From: Podarcis filfolensis
Lineage: Eukaryota
Assembly (NCBI GenBank): GCA_964270895.1
Contig: OZ185440.1
DNA length: 64,000 nucleotides
Reading direction: 5' to 3' (one strand)
In this document: positions 25,284 to 36,626 of the stretch, piece after piece
Numbering within the stretch: the stretch's first letter is position 1
Layout: each line of letters opens with the position of its first letter
Notes under the pieces: generated by a model
What the model saw: only the letters and a program-made list of their open reading frames with translations
What the model was told of the DNA's origin: nothing
Database searches by the model: none
Translations under genes and position numbers: made by a program

Positions 25284-25432
25284 GTAAGTAGAAAGTCAGG
25301 TTTCTCCTATCACCTTCCTTGCCCCTTCCTCATTCTTAAGAGTGCAGATTGCTTTGAACAAGACTATCATTTCCATGATTGTCCCAAATGCTGCATTTCA
25401 GAGTGCATTGAAAGTCATATCTTTGTTTCCAG
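25284..25432 (+). other. Candidate 5'-UTR intron of GPCR A (149 nt)
   Basis: GCC|gtaagt donor and atctttgtttccag acceptor 70 nt upstream of the ATG; TATA-like TTTAAATA near 25178. Confidence 0.5.
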
Positions 25433-25502
25433 GGAACAGAAGAAAGACTGGCAGACAGCTAGAAAATTCTATGGCACAGACTAAATAATTAACTGATGCA
25501 AC

Positions 25503-26510
25503 ATGGACTCCAATTCCAGTGCAGGGAATGTCACCAGCTCTGGCTTCAGCGACCTTTTCCTCCTTTATAGCAAGAACGTGTTTGCTGTCCTCTATGTCCT
25601 CTTCTTCCTCCTGGGCATGCCTGGAAACGGCTTGCTGCTCTGGATCCTTTTCCGAGGTCTCCAAAGAAAGAGCGGCAGCCACATCTCACGCCTGACGGAG
25701 CCTCTCTTCCTCAACATCGTCATCCTGGACCTCCTCTTCCTCCTCTACAATGCCCCTGTGATGTTTGGCAACATCCTTTTCAGGGACTGGCGCCTGGGCC
25801 GCCTGCTGTGCGTCACCACCCACAGCTTCTCCATGTGGGTCTCCTTTGCTGCCTTCTACAGCATGCTGGCCATCGCACTACTTCGCTATACGGCGATCCT
25901 CCACCCCATGAGAGTGATGCCCATCTCCCAAAAGCAGATAGCTATCGCTTGTGGGCTCATCTGGGTGACCTGCCTTATATTCTCCACTCCGCTCTGGATT
26001 AATTATGAGATCATTCACGTGGAGGGGCAGATGTATTGCGTGAACCAAATGGCAAGGAAGGAAGTTAACCTTTACCTGCAGCTCCTGGGAGGGGTGGGCT
26101 TCCTGCCTCCCACATTGCTGATGGTTTTCTGCTACTTGAGGATCATCTGTACCCTCAAGGTTAGGAGAGGGCTCTCTATGCACACAGCCTCCAGCCTGCA
26201 AGTGAACTGGCGAGCTTCAGTGATGGCTTTGGTCACCATGGTGACCCTGGTGGTCATGTGGCTCCCCTATTGGCTGGTGATTTTCTTTATCAAGTACGAC
26301 CAGTTGCTAACCACAGCCCCTATGTACTTGGCTTATCACCTGACGTCTCTCCTGGCCTTTGCCAACCGCTGCATTAACCCTATGATCTGCTTCTGCCTTT
26401 CTTTCCAGTTCCAGGCCAGGCTGAGGAACCTCTTTAGGAGGGTAGAAAAGGGAATTCGCCAAGTAGGTCCTATCCATTTGGGTAAGATAGAAGTGTTAGG
26501 TAGCACGTGA
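25503..26510 (+). CDS. Class A GPCR, galanin-receptor/GPR151-like orphan A, 335 aa, single coding exon
   Basis: Seven hydrophobic helices; N-terminal sequons NSS and NVT; TM1 GN; TM2 LD; ECL1 W..G..C; TM3 LRY; TM4 W; ECL2 C; TM5 P...CY; TM6 WLP; TM7 NPMIC; helix 8 FQARLRNL; no stops or frameshifts. Confidence 0.93.
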   Translation: MDSNSSAGNVTSSGFSDLFLLYSKNVFAVLYVLFFLLGMPGNGLLLWILFRGLQRKSGSHISRLTEPLFLNIVILDLLFLLYNAPVMFGNILFRDWRLGRLLCVTTHSFSMWVSFAAFYSMLAIALLRYTAILHPMRVMPISQKQIAIACGLIWVTCLIFSTPLWINYEIIHVEGQMYCVNQMARKEVNLYLQLLGGVGFLPPTLLMVFCYLRIICTLKVRRGLSMHTASSLQVNWRASVMALVTMVTLVVMWLPYWLVIFFIKYDQLLTTAPMYLAYHLTSLLAFANRCINPMICFCLSFQFQARLRNLFRRVEKGIRQVGPIHLGKIEVLGST

Positions 26511-27551
26511 CTAAGGTGTACAATAAGCTTTGCTAAAGTTGTGTGGAACAAGAATTTATTATTTCCTGTCCTGTAGCCTGCCTGAGGGATCCCTTATGTC
26601 AGCACTGGAGGGCCACCGATTCCCTGTCCCTGCTTTATGTGACATACACAGAGCCCATAAGGAGAAAATCATATGTGGGAACTTAATTAGTTGCACTCGT
26701 TTAAAATATTTGAATCTACTTCTAGAAAAAAAATGGTAACCCGAGGAGAACTTTAGTTTATGTTTAATCCTGTCTAGGGGCTTCATTTCCTAAAATGCCT
26801 TATGAAGGCATTTTTGATGTTGCATTATTGATTCACATTATTGATCAGTTCCTTTCTGCCAATAACATATTGTAACTATAACTTGAAGCTGATACTCAGC
26901 TCGTATCCATGCAGAGAAGGGCTGCCTTCCATTTGGACTACCAAACGACACCTTTGAATTGGTGATTTCTGACTTGTTTGTGCCATTAATTGGACACAGA
27001 TTCATTCCCAAGGAATACTGCATGTTCGTTTACCTGAAATGGTTCTAGTAGCAGCAACAGACAGGGGTCACTGGAGAGAACATTAATTGTGCTGAAGCTT
27101 CCGGGCTGGGAATTAAGAGTCCCTGAAATAACCTTTAATATTTGAGCTGAGAAATCTATTGACTTGTAGAATAGGCTAATGAGGTCTCGGTGAGAAACAA
27201 GAGTGTGGTTCATTTTTCCTCTACCATTAACAGCCAAATTATCCTATACAGCATAATTACCTGAAGCTCCCTAATGTGAAGAAGATATAGCTCTTTTTCT
27301 TCCCACACCAAGCTTCTCTTAAAACTTATCATTATTCTTTTTTCCATTGCCTTTATATCCCACCTTTTTCTTCGCAGAGAACAAGGTGGCATACATGGTT
27401 GTCCCCAGGGCTTTTTTTCAGCCAAAACTCACTGGAACTCAGTTTCGACACCCCTCAGGTGGGTGCCATTGCCATTATACAAAGGAGGCATTTATGGTGA
27501 GTTCTGGCACCTCTTTTTCTAGAAAAAAAACCACTGGTTCTCCCCAACCTC

Positions 27552-27710
27552 ATTGAATCCTTACAACAACCCTGTGAGGTAGGTTAGGCTCAGAGACTGT
27601 AACTGGCCCAAGGTCAACCAGTGAGTTTCATGGCTGAGTGGGGATTAGAACCCTGGTCTCCAAGGTCCTAGTCCAACACTCTAACAACCACACCACATTG
27701 TCTCTCTTCT
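27552..27710 (-). mobile_element. MIR-like core SINE
   Basis: atccttacaacaaccctgtgaggtagg...gcccaaggtca. Confidence 0.65.
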
Positions 27711-27821
27711 GCACTATATGCCAGAATATGGCATATCCTATGACAATTCAACAATGATTGTCTTCTTGGTGTTACGGAGAAATTAAAAATGCCAGTACCC
27801 TATTCAATACAATACAAAGTA

Positions 27822-28178
27822 AAAAGGTAAAGGTACCCCTGCCCGTTCGGGCCAGTCTTGCCAGACTCTAGGGTTGTGCGCTCATCTCACTCTATAGGCC
27901 GGGAGCCAGCGCTGTCCGCAGACACTTCCAGGTCACGTGGCCAGCATGACAAGCTGCATCTGGCGAGCCCGCGCAGCACACGGAACGCCGTTTACCTTCC
28001 CGCTGGTAAGCGGTCCCTATTTATCTACTTGCACCCGGGGGTGCTTTCGAACTGCTAGGTTGGCAGGCGCTGGGACCGAACGACGGGAGTGCACCCCGCC
28101 GCGGGGATTCGAACCGCCGACCATGTGATCGGCAAGTCCTAGGCGCTGAGGTTTTACCCACAGCGCCACCCGCGTCCC
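27822..28178 (-). mobile_element. Sauria SINE (full length)
   Basis: Minus-strand head gggacgcgggtggcgctgtggg and (acctt)n tail; ~14-bp TSD tacaataca[a/t]agta (27808..27821 and 28180..28193). Confidence 0.92.
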
Positions 28179-29599
28179 TTACAATACATAGTATGGTTAT
28201 ACCTTCTATCCAAGCCTTCCTTAACCTGGTGTCCTCCAGATTTTGTTGGACTACAGTTCCCATCATCTCTAACCATTGGACATGATGGGTGGAGCTGTAG
28301 TTCAACAACATCTGGAGGGCACCAGTTTGGGGAAGGCTGTTCTATGCTGTAATGGATTTCATGTATAGGCAGAGCTTGGAAAGAAATTGCTTGTGTGTGG
28401 GTAGACTACAATTTTGCATTTCAAACCTGCCATTGCTTCTAGCTATGAACTCTGGGTACCTTGATTCTGTAAGGGCATAACAGGCATTTAAGGAAGATGA
28501 GCGGCATCCTCACAAAGCAACAATCTGCACAATTATTTTTACAATTCTTCTGTTAAAAATTCCAGACAAATGCAATAGTAAATACATCAATGAGAACTAA
28601 CTAATCAGACTCTGAACTAACACAAAAGTCCTACAAAGGTTGCTAACAAATTCTATATTTCTCACAAAAAAATGGGGGAAAGGGAATCATGTTTTTAAAA
28701 CATGTTTCTGCTTGCTGTCTCTTAGGCAGACATGTTTCGATTGCATTCTTATACACACTTAACCAGGGAGTAATCCCCACTGAACTCGGTGAGACTTACT
28801 TTTGAGAAGACTGCCATAGAAGTTGTTCAGCTTGGAGCATAGAGCTGGTGTGGGCAGGAGCCAAACTCAACACAATTGAAATTGCTGTTCATGGGACAAG
28901 TGAATAGCCATTTCTTTTCAGTGAGCTTCCCTGGAGAGAGGAACAACCCCTCTTCGTAAGATTTCATGCTGAAGTTTGTGGAAGAAGAGACCTCCCGGAA
29001 TTATCTCAGAAGAGTATTGGGAGTTGTTAGGAAACCCCTCAAAGGACTACATTTCCCAGCACCCTTAACTTCTTAAGTTCCCAGGATTCTTTGGGAGAAG
29101 CCGTGACTGCTAACGTGGTATAAGAGTTCTTTTAATATATGGTGTGTGTTGCAACCAAAAACTCTCTGATCATCACTTGACCCAAAAATTGTGTCTACAG
29201 AGGAGTAGTACAAGGGGCTGTCAAACCCATTAAAGATATTTATATCTGATTATCTGCCTAGCTCTGTGCAATTATTTATCCAATGATGTATCATGTTCAC
29301 ATATCACAACATTGAATAAAAATGCTCTTTTGGAAGAGTCTTCAGTGGAATCGACAGTTTCTGTGAAGTATGAGGACTTTGAAAATCAAAGGCTGCAATC
29401 AAAGGAAGGGATAAGTTAACGTTTTCAGTTGCTTCCTGAAGCAAGGCAGCACTCCCACACTCTTTTGGTTTGCAAATTTAGCTAGTGGTTACTGCAACAA
29501 GTGAAATAGTCACTGCTGTAGTCTCCCAGTCAGTCTCTGAGTCCTCCTACCCAGGACCAGCTCATGACATTTTGCTGCCTGAAGCACAGGACAGTATTT

Positions 29600-29778
29600 A
29601 TTTATTTTTATATCTCACCTTCCCTGTTTTAGCTTCACAACAACCCTGCAAGGCTGGTTAGGGTAAGAGATACTGACTTGCCCAAGGTCACCCAAGTGAT
29701 ATTCCTGGTTAAGTGGGCCCTTGAAACCTGGTTTCCCAGCTCCTAGTCCGAAACTCTCTAACCACTACACCTGGCACT
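29600..29778 (-). mobile_element. MIR-like core SINE
   Basis: cacaacaaccctgcaagg...acttgcccaaggtcac. Confidence 0.6.
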
Positions 29779-31137
29779 TCTCCCAATCCCATGTACAACA
29801 GCTACCCAGATCACTAGGTTTTTGTGTTTTTTACTTCAAAACTAGTAACAGGAAAGCATCCTCCATTGCATCTGAGGGCAGAAGTCTAGGTTAGGGGACA
29901 CAAAGCAGGCTGCATGGTACACACAGATCGGTCTGTTACCTCCTTCTGCCTAATGGTAGGGCCGGCCTTGCTTACCTAACATTGACAAAGCTGAGAGATG
30001 TGTATGCCTCTTTCACAGTGTAAGTACAAGATCATGAAGCACTCTTCCACATGCCTGGGATGTGGCTTCCACATTCCTTTATTTGAGCACTGTATTATTA
30101 TTCAAGATCTCCTTAAAGCAGGTTCAGTTCCTAGGTAACTTGTTTAGAGAGTACTCAGGTTAATTGCTATGATTCACTCACAATGTAAAAAATTGTGTCT
30201 CTGGGCGTTAGGGATGCCCTATTGTCAAGTGCTCTACTCTTAGGGTTTTTTTGGGGGGGAGAAACCCTGAGGGAACAAGAGTGCCCACAGGTGACATGTT
30301 AGTAACCCTTGTGTCCTCTAGATGTTATTGGACTGCAACTCCCATCATTCCTGACCATTGGCCATGTAGGCTGGGGCTGATGGAAGTTGTAGTGCAACAC
30401 CATGTGGCGAACATTGACTACACTAGAGTCTACCTACACCATTTCCACCACCCAGGAAGACCAGGGATAGTCACGGAACATGCAAACATATACTGTGGGT
30501 AAAGAGAAGTACAGGAGACCTACGCTTATCTCCTGAACGTGGGTTTGTCTTGGCTGTAGCTTTAATATCCACCTCCCTTGCAGACCATACCGGAGAGATA
30601 TCTAAGGACCATGCATCTTCATGGGGAATAGATTTCTGTGTATTGCCGGAGAGCTTAAAATATCTTCTTTGTTTCCCTCCCTCTTTACCCATAGATCACC
30701 CACATGCTGCGACATGTGAATATTGTGTCTCTGTTCTGCAAGCCCCGCCTCCTTCTCCACAATGACTACAAGGGAGGGGGAGAGAGAACACATCTTATCC
30801 CCACAAGCCAGGCAAAGTAATATAAGTCACCATCTGCTGGGAACAGATATGGGGAATTGCAGAACTGATCTCTATCTCAACCCAGCTGCAATGATTTACA
30901 AGTGAATTGGTGCCCTCTCTGATGTCTGTCCATAAAACACAATGGCCTGGTAAGCTTTCACCCTTTAGCAATTGCTGCTGAATACTGTACCTAGAGCCTT
31001 GTTAAATGAACTGGGAGGAACATTTTACTCAAGGGGAAAGCTGTTTCCTTTTGCTTTGTGGTGGTAGTGGGGAGGGATTGATCTTTAGGTTCGGCAGTGA
31101 CTGGTGTCAAAGCTAACCTTCTGCTGTCCCTTTGCAG

Positions 31138-31158
31138 TCCAAACCACGGGTTAAGCTG
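31138..31158 (+). other. Candidate 21-nt upstream micro-exon of GPCR B
   Basis: Branch-point-like gctaac, pyrimidine tract, tttgcag acceptor and CTG|gtgagt donor; next acceptor ttttctcag at 31566. Confidence 0.45.
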
Positions 31159-31587
31159 GTGAGTGGAGACATGTGGTGACCCTTATGATCACAATGGATT
31201 GTAGGAGATGTGCCCTTATGCTGGCTCATGTTTGGAAGGAAGTCTCTACCTTGTGCACACTCCCAACGCTTCTTCTGAGATGCTCAGATTCAGCCGAGTA
31301 AGGGGATGCTGACCCATTCAGGGGCATGAATGGAAAGCAGTGCTTGAACAGAGACTCATGGACTTGTAAGGGCACTTCATCTCATGCAACTGCCTGCTCA
31401 GTGCAGAATCTAAAACATACATCTGAAATCCTATCATTTTTGTTATTATTGCTGTGATTTGTGTTTAATGCATTAATATGGCAAATTTTAATATACATAT
31501 ACCCATTACTCAGGGGGCAGGACAATGATATGTTGTTGTTGTTGTTGTAGATTCATATTTTCTCAGTTTCATCCTCACACTGGAATA

Positions 31588-32586
31588 ATGGAGCTCACAA
31601 CAACCAGCGAAGATTTCTTTCATGCTTCCAACAAGACTTTCAACGCCTCTTCTCATGGGACAGACGACAGCTTTGGTGGCCTGACAGTGACACAGCTGAG
31701 ATACATCTTTGCTTCTTTCTGTGGCCTCATCTTGTTGGTTGGCTTTGCTGGCAACCTCTTCATGCTCTTGGTCCTGACTGAGGGCTTCAGGAGCAGCAGG
31801 AGCACCAACTCCATCTCTGCCATGACCAACACTCTCATGGTCAACATCACCATCTCTGACCTGATCTTCCTCCTCTACAATGTCACTGTGCTGCTGCTCA
31901 CATTTGTCTATGAGGACTGGGAGATGGGCTTGGCTGTGTGTGTCAGCAGCCAGAGCTTTTCCATGTGGACCATGTTCTGCAGCTTCTACAGCATGGTGGT
32001 CACCTCCATCCTGAGATACCTGGCGGTTGTTCATCCCACCTGCTCCTTCCCAGCAAATTCACTCCAGAGGTTTCTTCTCTGCATGGTCATGTGGCTCATG
32101 GGCTTCACCGTGTCTGTCCCCAACTGGATACACCAAGGAGTCGTCGTGCTTGAAGATGCTCGATACTGTACGCTTTTGATGACGCCGAGGCAAACATACC
32201 TGTATTTTGTTCTCTTTGGTGGGGTTGCCTTCTTCCCCTTTGTGCTTCTCTTGGTCCTGTGCTATTCCAGAATCGTCCATTCCCTCTGGTTCAGGAAGAT
32301 GGTGGTGGTCCACTCATCCTCAAGCATTCGGCTCAACAGGAAAGCAACTGTCATGATCCTGACCGTATTGGCGGTTTTCATTCTGATGTGGATACCATGC
32401 TCAGTGGTGATATACCTCTCAGCCACCCACAGCCTCCCACAAACTCCTGCAGGATTTGTAGCCTCTGGCTTATCTAGCATTCTGGCTTATTCGAACTGCT
32501 CCGTAAGCCCCCTCATTTGCTTTTCCCTTTCAGATCAGTTTCAGGCTAGCCTGAAAAAGTTGCTTTGCCGACGAGGTCCCAGGTAA
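31588..32586 (+). CDS. Class A GPCR, galanin-receptor/GPR151-like orphan B, 332 aa from ATG 31588 (the ORF track starts it at 31525)
   Basis: Seven TMs with GN, SD, W..G..C, LRY, W, C, CY, WIP, SPLIC and helix 8 FQASLKKL; sequons NKT and NAS. The 31525 extension is (TTG)n-encoded poly-Cys upstream of an acceptor at 31566, so 31588 is the preferred start. Confidence 0.92.
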   Translation: MELTTTSEDFFHASNKTFNASSHGTDDSFGGLTVTQLRYIFASFCGLILLVGFAGNLFMLLVLTEGFRSSRSTNSISAMTNTLMVNITISDLIFLLYNVTVLLLTFVYEDWEMGLAVCVSSQSFSMWTMFCSFYSMVVTSILRYLAVVHPTCSFPANSLQRFLLCMVMWLMGFTVSVPNWIHQGVVVLEDARYCTLLMTPRQTYLYFVLFGGVAFFPFVLLLVLCYSRIVHSLWFRKMVVVHSSSSIRLNRKATVMILTVLAVFILMWIPCSVVIYLSATHSLPQTPAGFVASGLSSILAYSNCSVSPLICFSLSDQFQASLKKLLCRRGPR

Positions 32587-32808
32587 CCCCAGGACCACGG
32601 GCAGAGTTGATTGGACCCAAATAACTATGTCAACAGTCTCTAAGAGGGAGCTAGAGGCAAACTTAGGCTACTCAATCAGACCAAGCACTTTGTCATTTAA
32701 AAACAAAACAAAACACCAATGTGGACTCACTGTGCTTTGAAGAACAGTACCGATGACATGCATTATATGCTACTCTGTAGAACAGGTATAAGAACACTAA
32801 TTGCAAAT

Positions 32809-33012
32809 CATAGAATTGCAGAGTTGGAAGGGACCCAAAGGCTTATCTAGCGCAACCCCTTGCAATGCAGGAATCACAGCTCCGGAATCCATGACTGATG
32901 GCCATCCAACCTCTGCTTAAAAACCTCCAAGGAAGAAGAGCTTGTCTTTTCCACTGCTGAACAGCTCTTGCCATCAGAAAGTGCTTCCTAATGTTTAGTC
33001 AGAATCTCCCGT
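32809..33012 (-). mobile_element. CR1 3' fragment
   Basis: aatcatagaat...gagttggaagggacc...catccaacctctgcttaaaaacctcc, homologous to the 7718 copy. Confidence 0.8.
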
Positions 33013-34810
33013 ATAATCTTGCTTAGCTTTATCATCCATTATAATAGATCTGTAAAAACAACCAATAACAAACAAATAGCATAACGTTTCATTATTACGG
33101 GAGAGCCATACCGTTTGGTCCCTTAATAGGAATCGGCAGCAATTCATTGAGTCACCTGTTCGTGAGTCTCTACTGAAAGACCCACAGGGCTTTTGTGTAC
33201 TATCAGGGGTTCTCCCTGGGGCTGAAAAACATGGTGCTGAGTCAGTCTCTGTCAAGTAGATGTCGCTGTTGCATTTTTAAAATTCCTTCGTGAGCTCATT
33301 GCTGTAAATGGAAAACAGTTATGGAAATGCAGAGGAAGTCCAAGCACAAAGCAGCACTTTCACTGCAGATTTATTTTATTTTATCGCACCTCTTTCCAGT
33401 AGCTTTTCATCTTTTCCTGCTTTTAAATGGGCACAGGGCTGCTAGCATTTAAATATATAAATCCCCAGCCATGTTTTCCTTCCTTTCCGAAGCAGTGCTT
33501 TTCGCAACCTGCCCCAGGGGCTGCCTCAATACTCCTAATCACCAAGAGAATCTAATAATCAAGCAATAACTACAAAGCAATTTCTCCAGCAAGTTGAATT
33601 GTTCTGATCCAATCCCCATTGTTCGGCGTGAATAATAAATCAGAACGCCACAAAGCAGAGCAGCAGAGGGGCCATTTTTAAGAAACGCTGCAGGAATCTG
33701 CTTGACGTAAGCAAGCGGCACGCCAACATGATTTTGATTGACTTTTCATCATTTCCCATCTCGCTTCGGAAGGAAAGGAAAGGCACATTTGCTCATTCAG
33801 TGATGCTTCTTGCACCACTCAGAACATAAGAGCCAAAGAGCTGTGACAATACTCTGCTGATATCATTTACTACCAGATTTAGCAAGATCAGAGTGGGTGG
33901 TGGCAGTGGTTGGATTGCTGTACCTCCAACATTTCCCAGTTGAAAATAGGGATGTTTCTCACGCCCTGCAACTGACCCTCCTCAACCCCCAATTTTTGGT
34001 CCTCCCCTCCTGCAGAACATTTCCTATCAGAAGAAGGGTCAGTGCCGCCACCAATAGGTCTCAGCACAAATGCCCTCCACTGTCCTGAGAAAACCCCTTA
34101 ATCCTTATTTGATTTTATTCTTTGGCAGATTTATAAAAAGAAAAGCACACGTCAGTATTTTTTTATACATATAGAAAGGGTCAAGATTAGATGCGGATGC
34201 ACAAAGCATTAAAAAAAAAAGGACTGGGTGAAAAGCCATTGGAACCTGCATTCTGGAAGTGCGTGTGGCCAGTCTCAAAAATAAGCATATTGGTGAGGGA
34301 GGAGGTGTGGCCTGGGGAAAGTGTTGTGAGGGGCGGGGCAGAGATTGAGACATTGGATGGGACAGATTTGACCCATGGGCTGTAATCTCCCCATCCCTGT
34401 CTCTAAACCTGTGCCCCTGCATTGGGCTTTCCAGTAGACAGCATCCTGGATACTTATTAGGTGGTTCAGTTACCACTTCTGCATCTGAGCCTGGCATCAT
34501 CATGGTCCTTGTCTAGCTTGGTGTCTCCTTCCACTCTCAGACTGCCAAGACTGCTGCCTGTTCTTCAGATGTGTCTTGGGCAGCCTGCATGTTCCCCTCT
34601 TCAGCTGGCAGACGGAGGCTGAGGTCAGAAAAATGTGACCCATCCTAGCATGTCCAGAGATTTAATCTCTTTACATTAGATTTCTATGAAATAAGGACCC
34701 ACCTTGTTCTGGAATTGTAAATAATAGTAATAATAATAATAAATAATACTGTTTTTTAGCATTGTTTATAATGGTTGGGACCTCCCTTGGAACCTCAGGA
34801 TGAAGGGATA

Positions 34811-34875
34811 GCTGCTGCTGCTGCTTCTTCTTCTTCTTCTTCTTCTTCTTCTTCTTCTTCTTCTTCTTCTTCTTC
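34811..34875. repeat. Compound (CTG)n(CTT)n microsatellite
   Basis: Direct reading. Confidence 0.95.
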
Positions 34876-36626
34876 ACCATGACATTATGGTCTCTAGAAA
34901 GTTGTCTAAAGCCTGCTGCACCACTGTTGCGTCTTCTATGCTCAGGGAAGAGATATCTGTTTCCTGGGCCTTGGAGGACATCCAGTTGAAGAGAAGAGTT
35001 TCTCCAAGCTACAATTCCTAATCAGCTCCCTTGGTTGTGGGCTCCTCTGTTAAGGACCACCATGTGGGTCGACTTTTAAAAAATCATCATCATCATTACT
35101 ATCATATTAATCTTTACGCCTTTGAAAGCTGAGGATGGAACCAGCTTTATTTAATCACAGTTGGTGAGATTAAGGCTGCAAACCTACACGCACTTTACTT
35201 GGGAGCCTGCCTCGCTGAAGTCAGTGGGGTTTGCTTTCAGCCACACATCCACTTCACCTTGACTTTAAATGTTTCTGTTTATAGTGAAAGGCTTCAGCTC
35301 TGCCAGCCTTCTGTTGACCTACAATTTCAATGGGAACCAAACCTGGAAGAAGATGCCTGCAATATGTTGCTTAAGGCAAGGAAATCCTCGTTCTGTGAAT
35401 CCACTCTAATTGGTTCTTCACTACTAAGGGACAACTATTTTCCTGGCACTTGGTTAAAGGCTGGGCTCTACTGAACTCTCTGATTTAGTTTTCTTCTGCA
35501 AGAGCTACTTACACAGCACTCCCTGAATTTTGGAGAAGTGGACTGCTTTTCTGGTGACGCACAGATGCACTAAGCTCCCCATGGAACCCCGTGGATTGGG
35601 ACCAATTAAAGGGTCATGATGTTTCCAGCAGATCATACTTGATCTGGCACATAATGACATTATGCTGTGGTTGGAAGCAATCCTTGATCTTTCTGAATGC
35701 TCATTAAATAAATCATGCAAGACCTGAAATATTAAGCCCCTATTAGTATGTGTTTAGGAATCCCCAGCTCTCTACTGGGAGAAGAACAGTGGATGGTATT
35801 TTGAATGCCAAGAAAAGGACTTTGTTTCAGATATTAGCTGACAATGATTGCCCTTATCGATTGTTTCCTATCCTTTCCATGCTCCCATGGGCTGCAGGAG
35901 CTCAGCATCTTCCCTCCCAGTACTATAATGGGGTGTACACTTCTTATGGCATGAATTAGCATTCTGCAAAGACAGAACAGAGAGAAAAATAGATGACTTT
36001 TTATGCACGACAAGGAACAGTATTTGGAACACAACACTTTGCCAGCAGCCACAGGCCTTTTGAATGTTAATTACACATTTGCCTGTGTGAATTCAATATA
36101 GTGTCAGTTGTCTTAGGCATGCCACACTAATCACAAAAACCACCGATGGCTTTCAATTTCATAGTGAAAGACCCCAAAGCATTTAATTGCTTAGCTATAG
36201 TGTACAAACAAATTTGGTGCATCGATTTTTAAAGCTGTTTGGTTCCACCATGTTAACTTTGCTTGGGGGTGGATGCCCAAAGCATTTCTATCACCTCACT
36301 CTTTTCAGTTTATGAACCACTGTAAGTATCCATACTAGGATGAAGGGCAGGATTCCTCTCCACATATTTGCAGGTTATATTCCCACTGTTTGTCTGCATA
36401 TGAAAAAGAATTCACCTATTGGTCAATTTTTGAAAATCAGTATGCTTATCACGAATAAGCATATATGAGCTGGAACAACTGACTAGCCTCACAACAGACA
36501 TTTGGATTGTCTTCTGATGAATGAAGGAATCAAGTTTAAAAATTATTTTGAGCGCTTATGTGGCAACTTCTGTTTTCAGTTTGATAATTAGCACACTAAG
36601 GAGCCGTGGTATTGTTGCATGTCATC

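Noticed and set aside
31525-31587. Poly-Cys N-terminal extension (MICCCCCCR...) of GPCR B in the ORF track
   Set aside because: Encoded by a (TTG)n microsatellite upstream of a good splice acceptor at 31566; probably intronic.
31510-32034. 174-aa minus-strand ORF, and similar minus ORFs over GPCR A
   Set aside because: Antisense shadows of GC-rich coding sequence with no recognisable domain.
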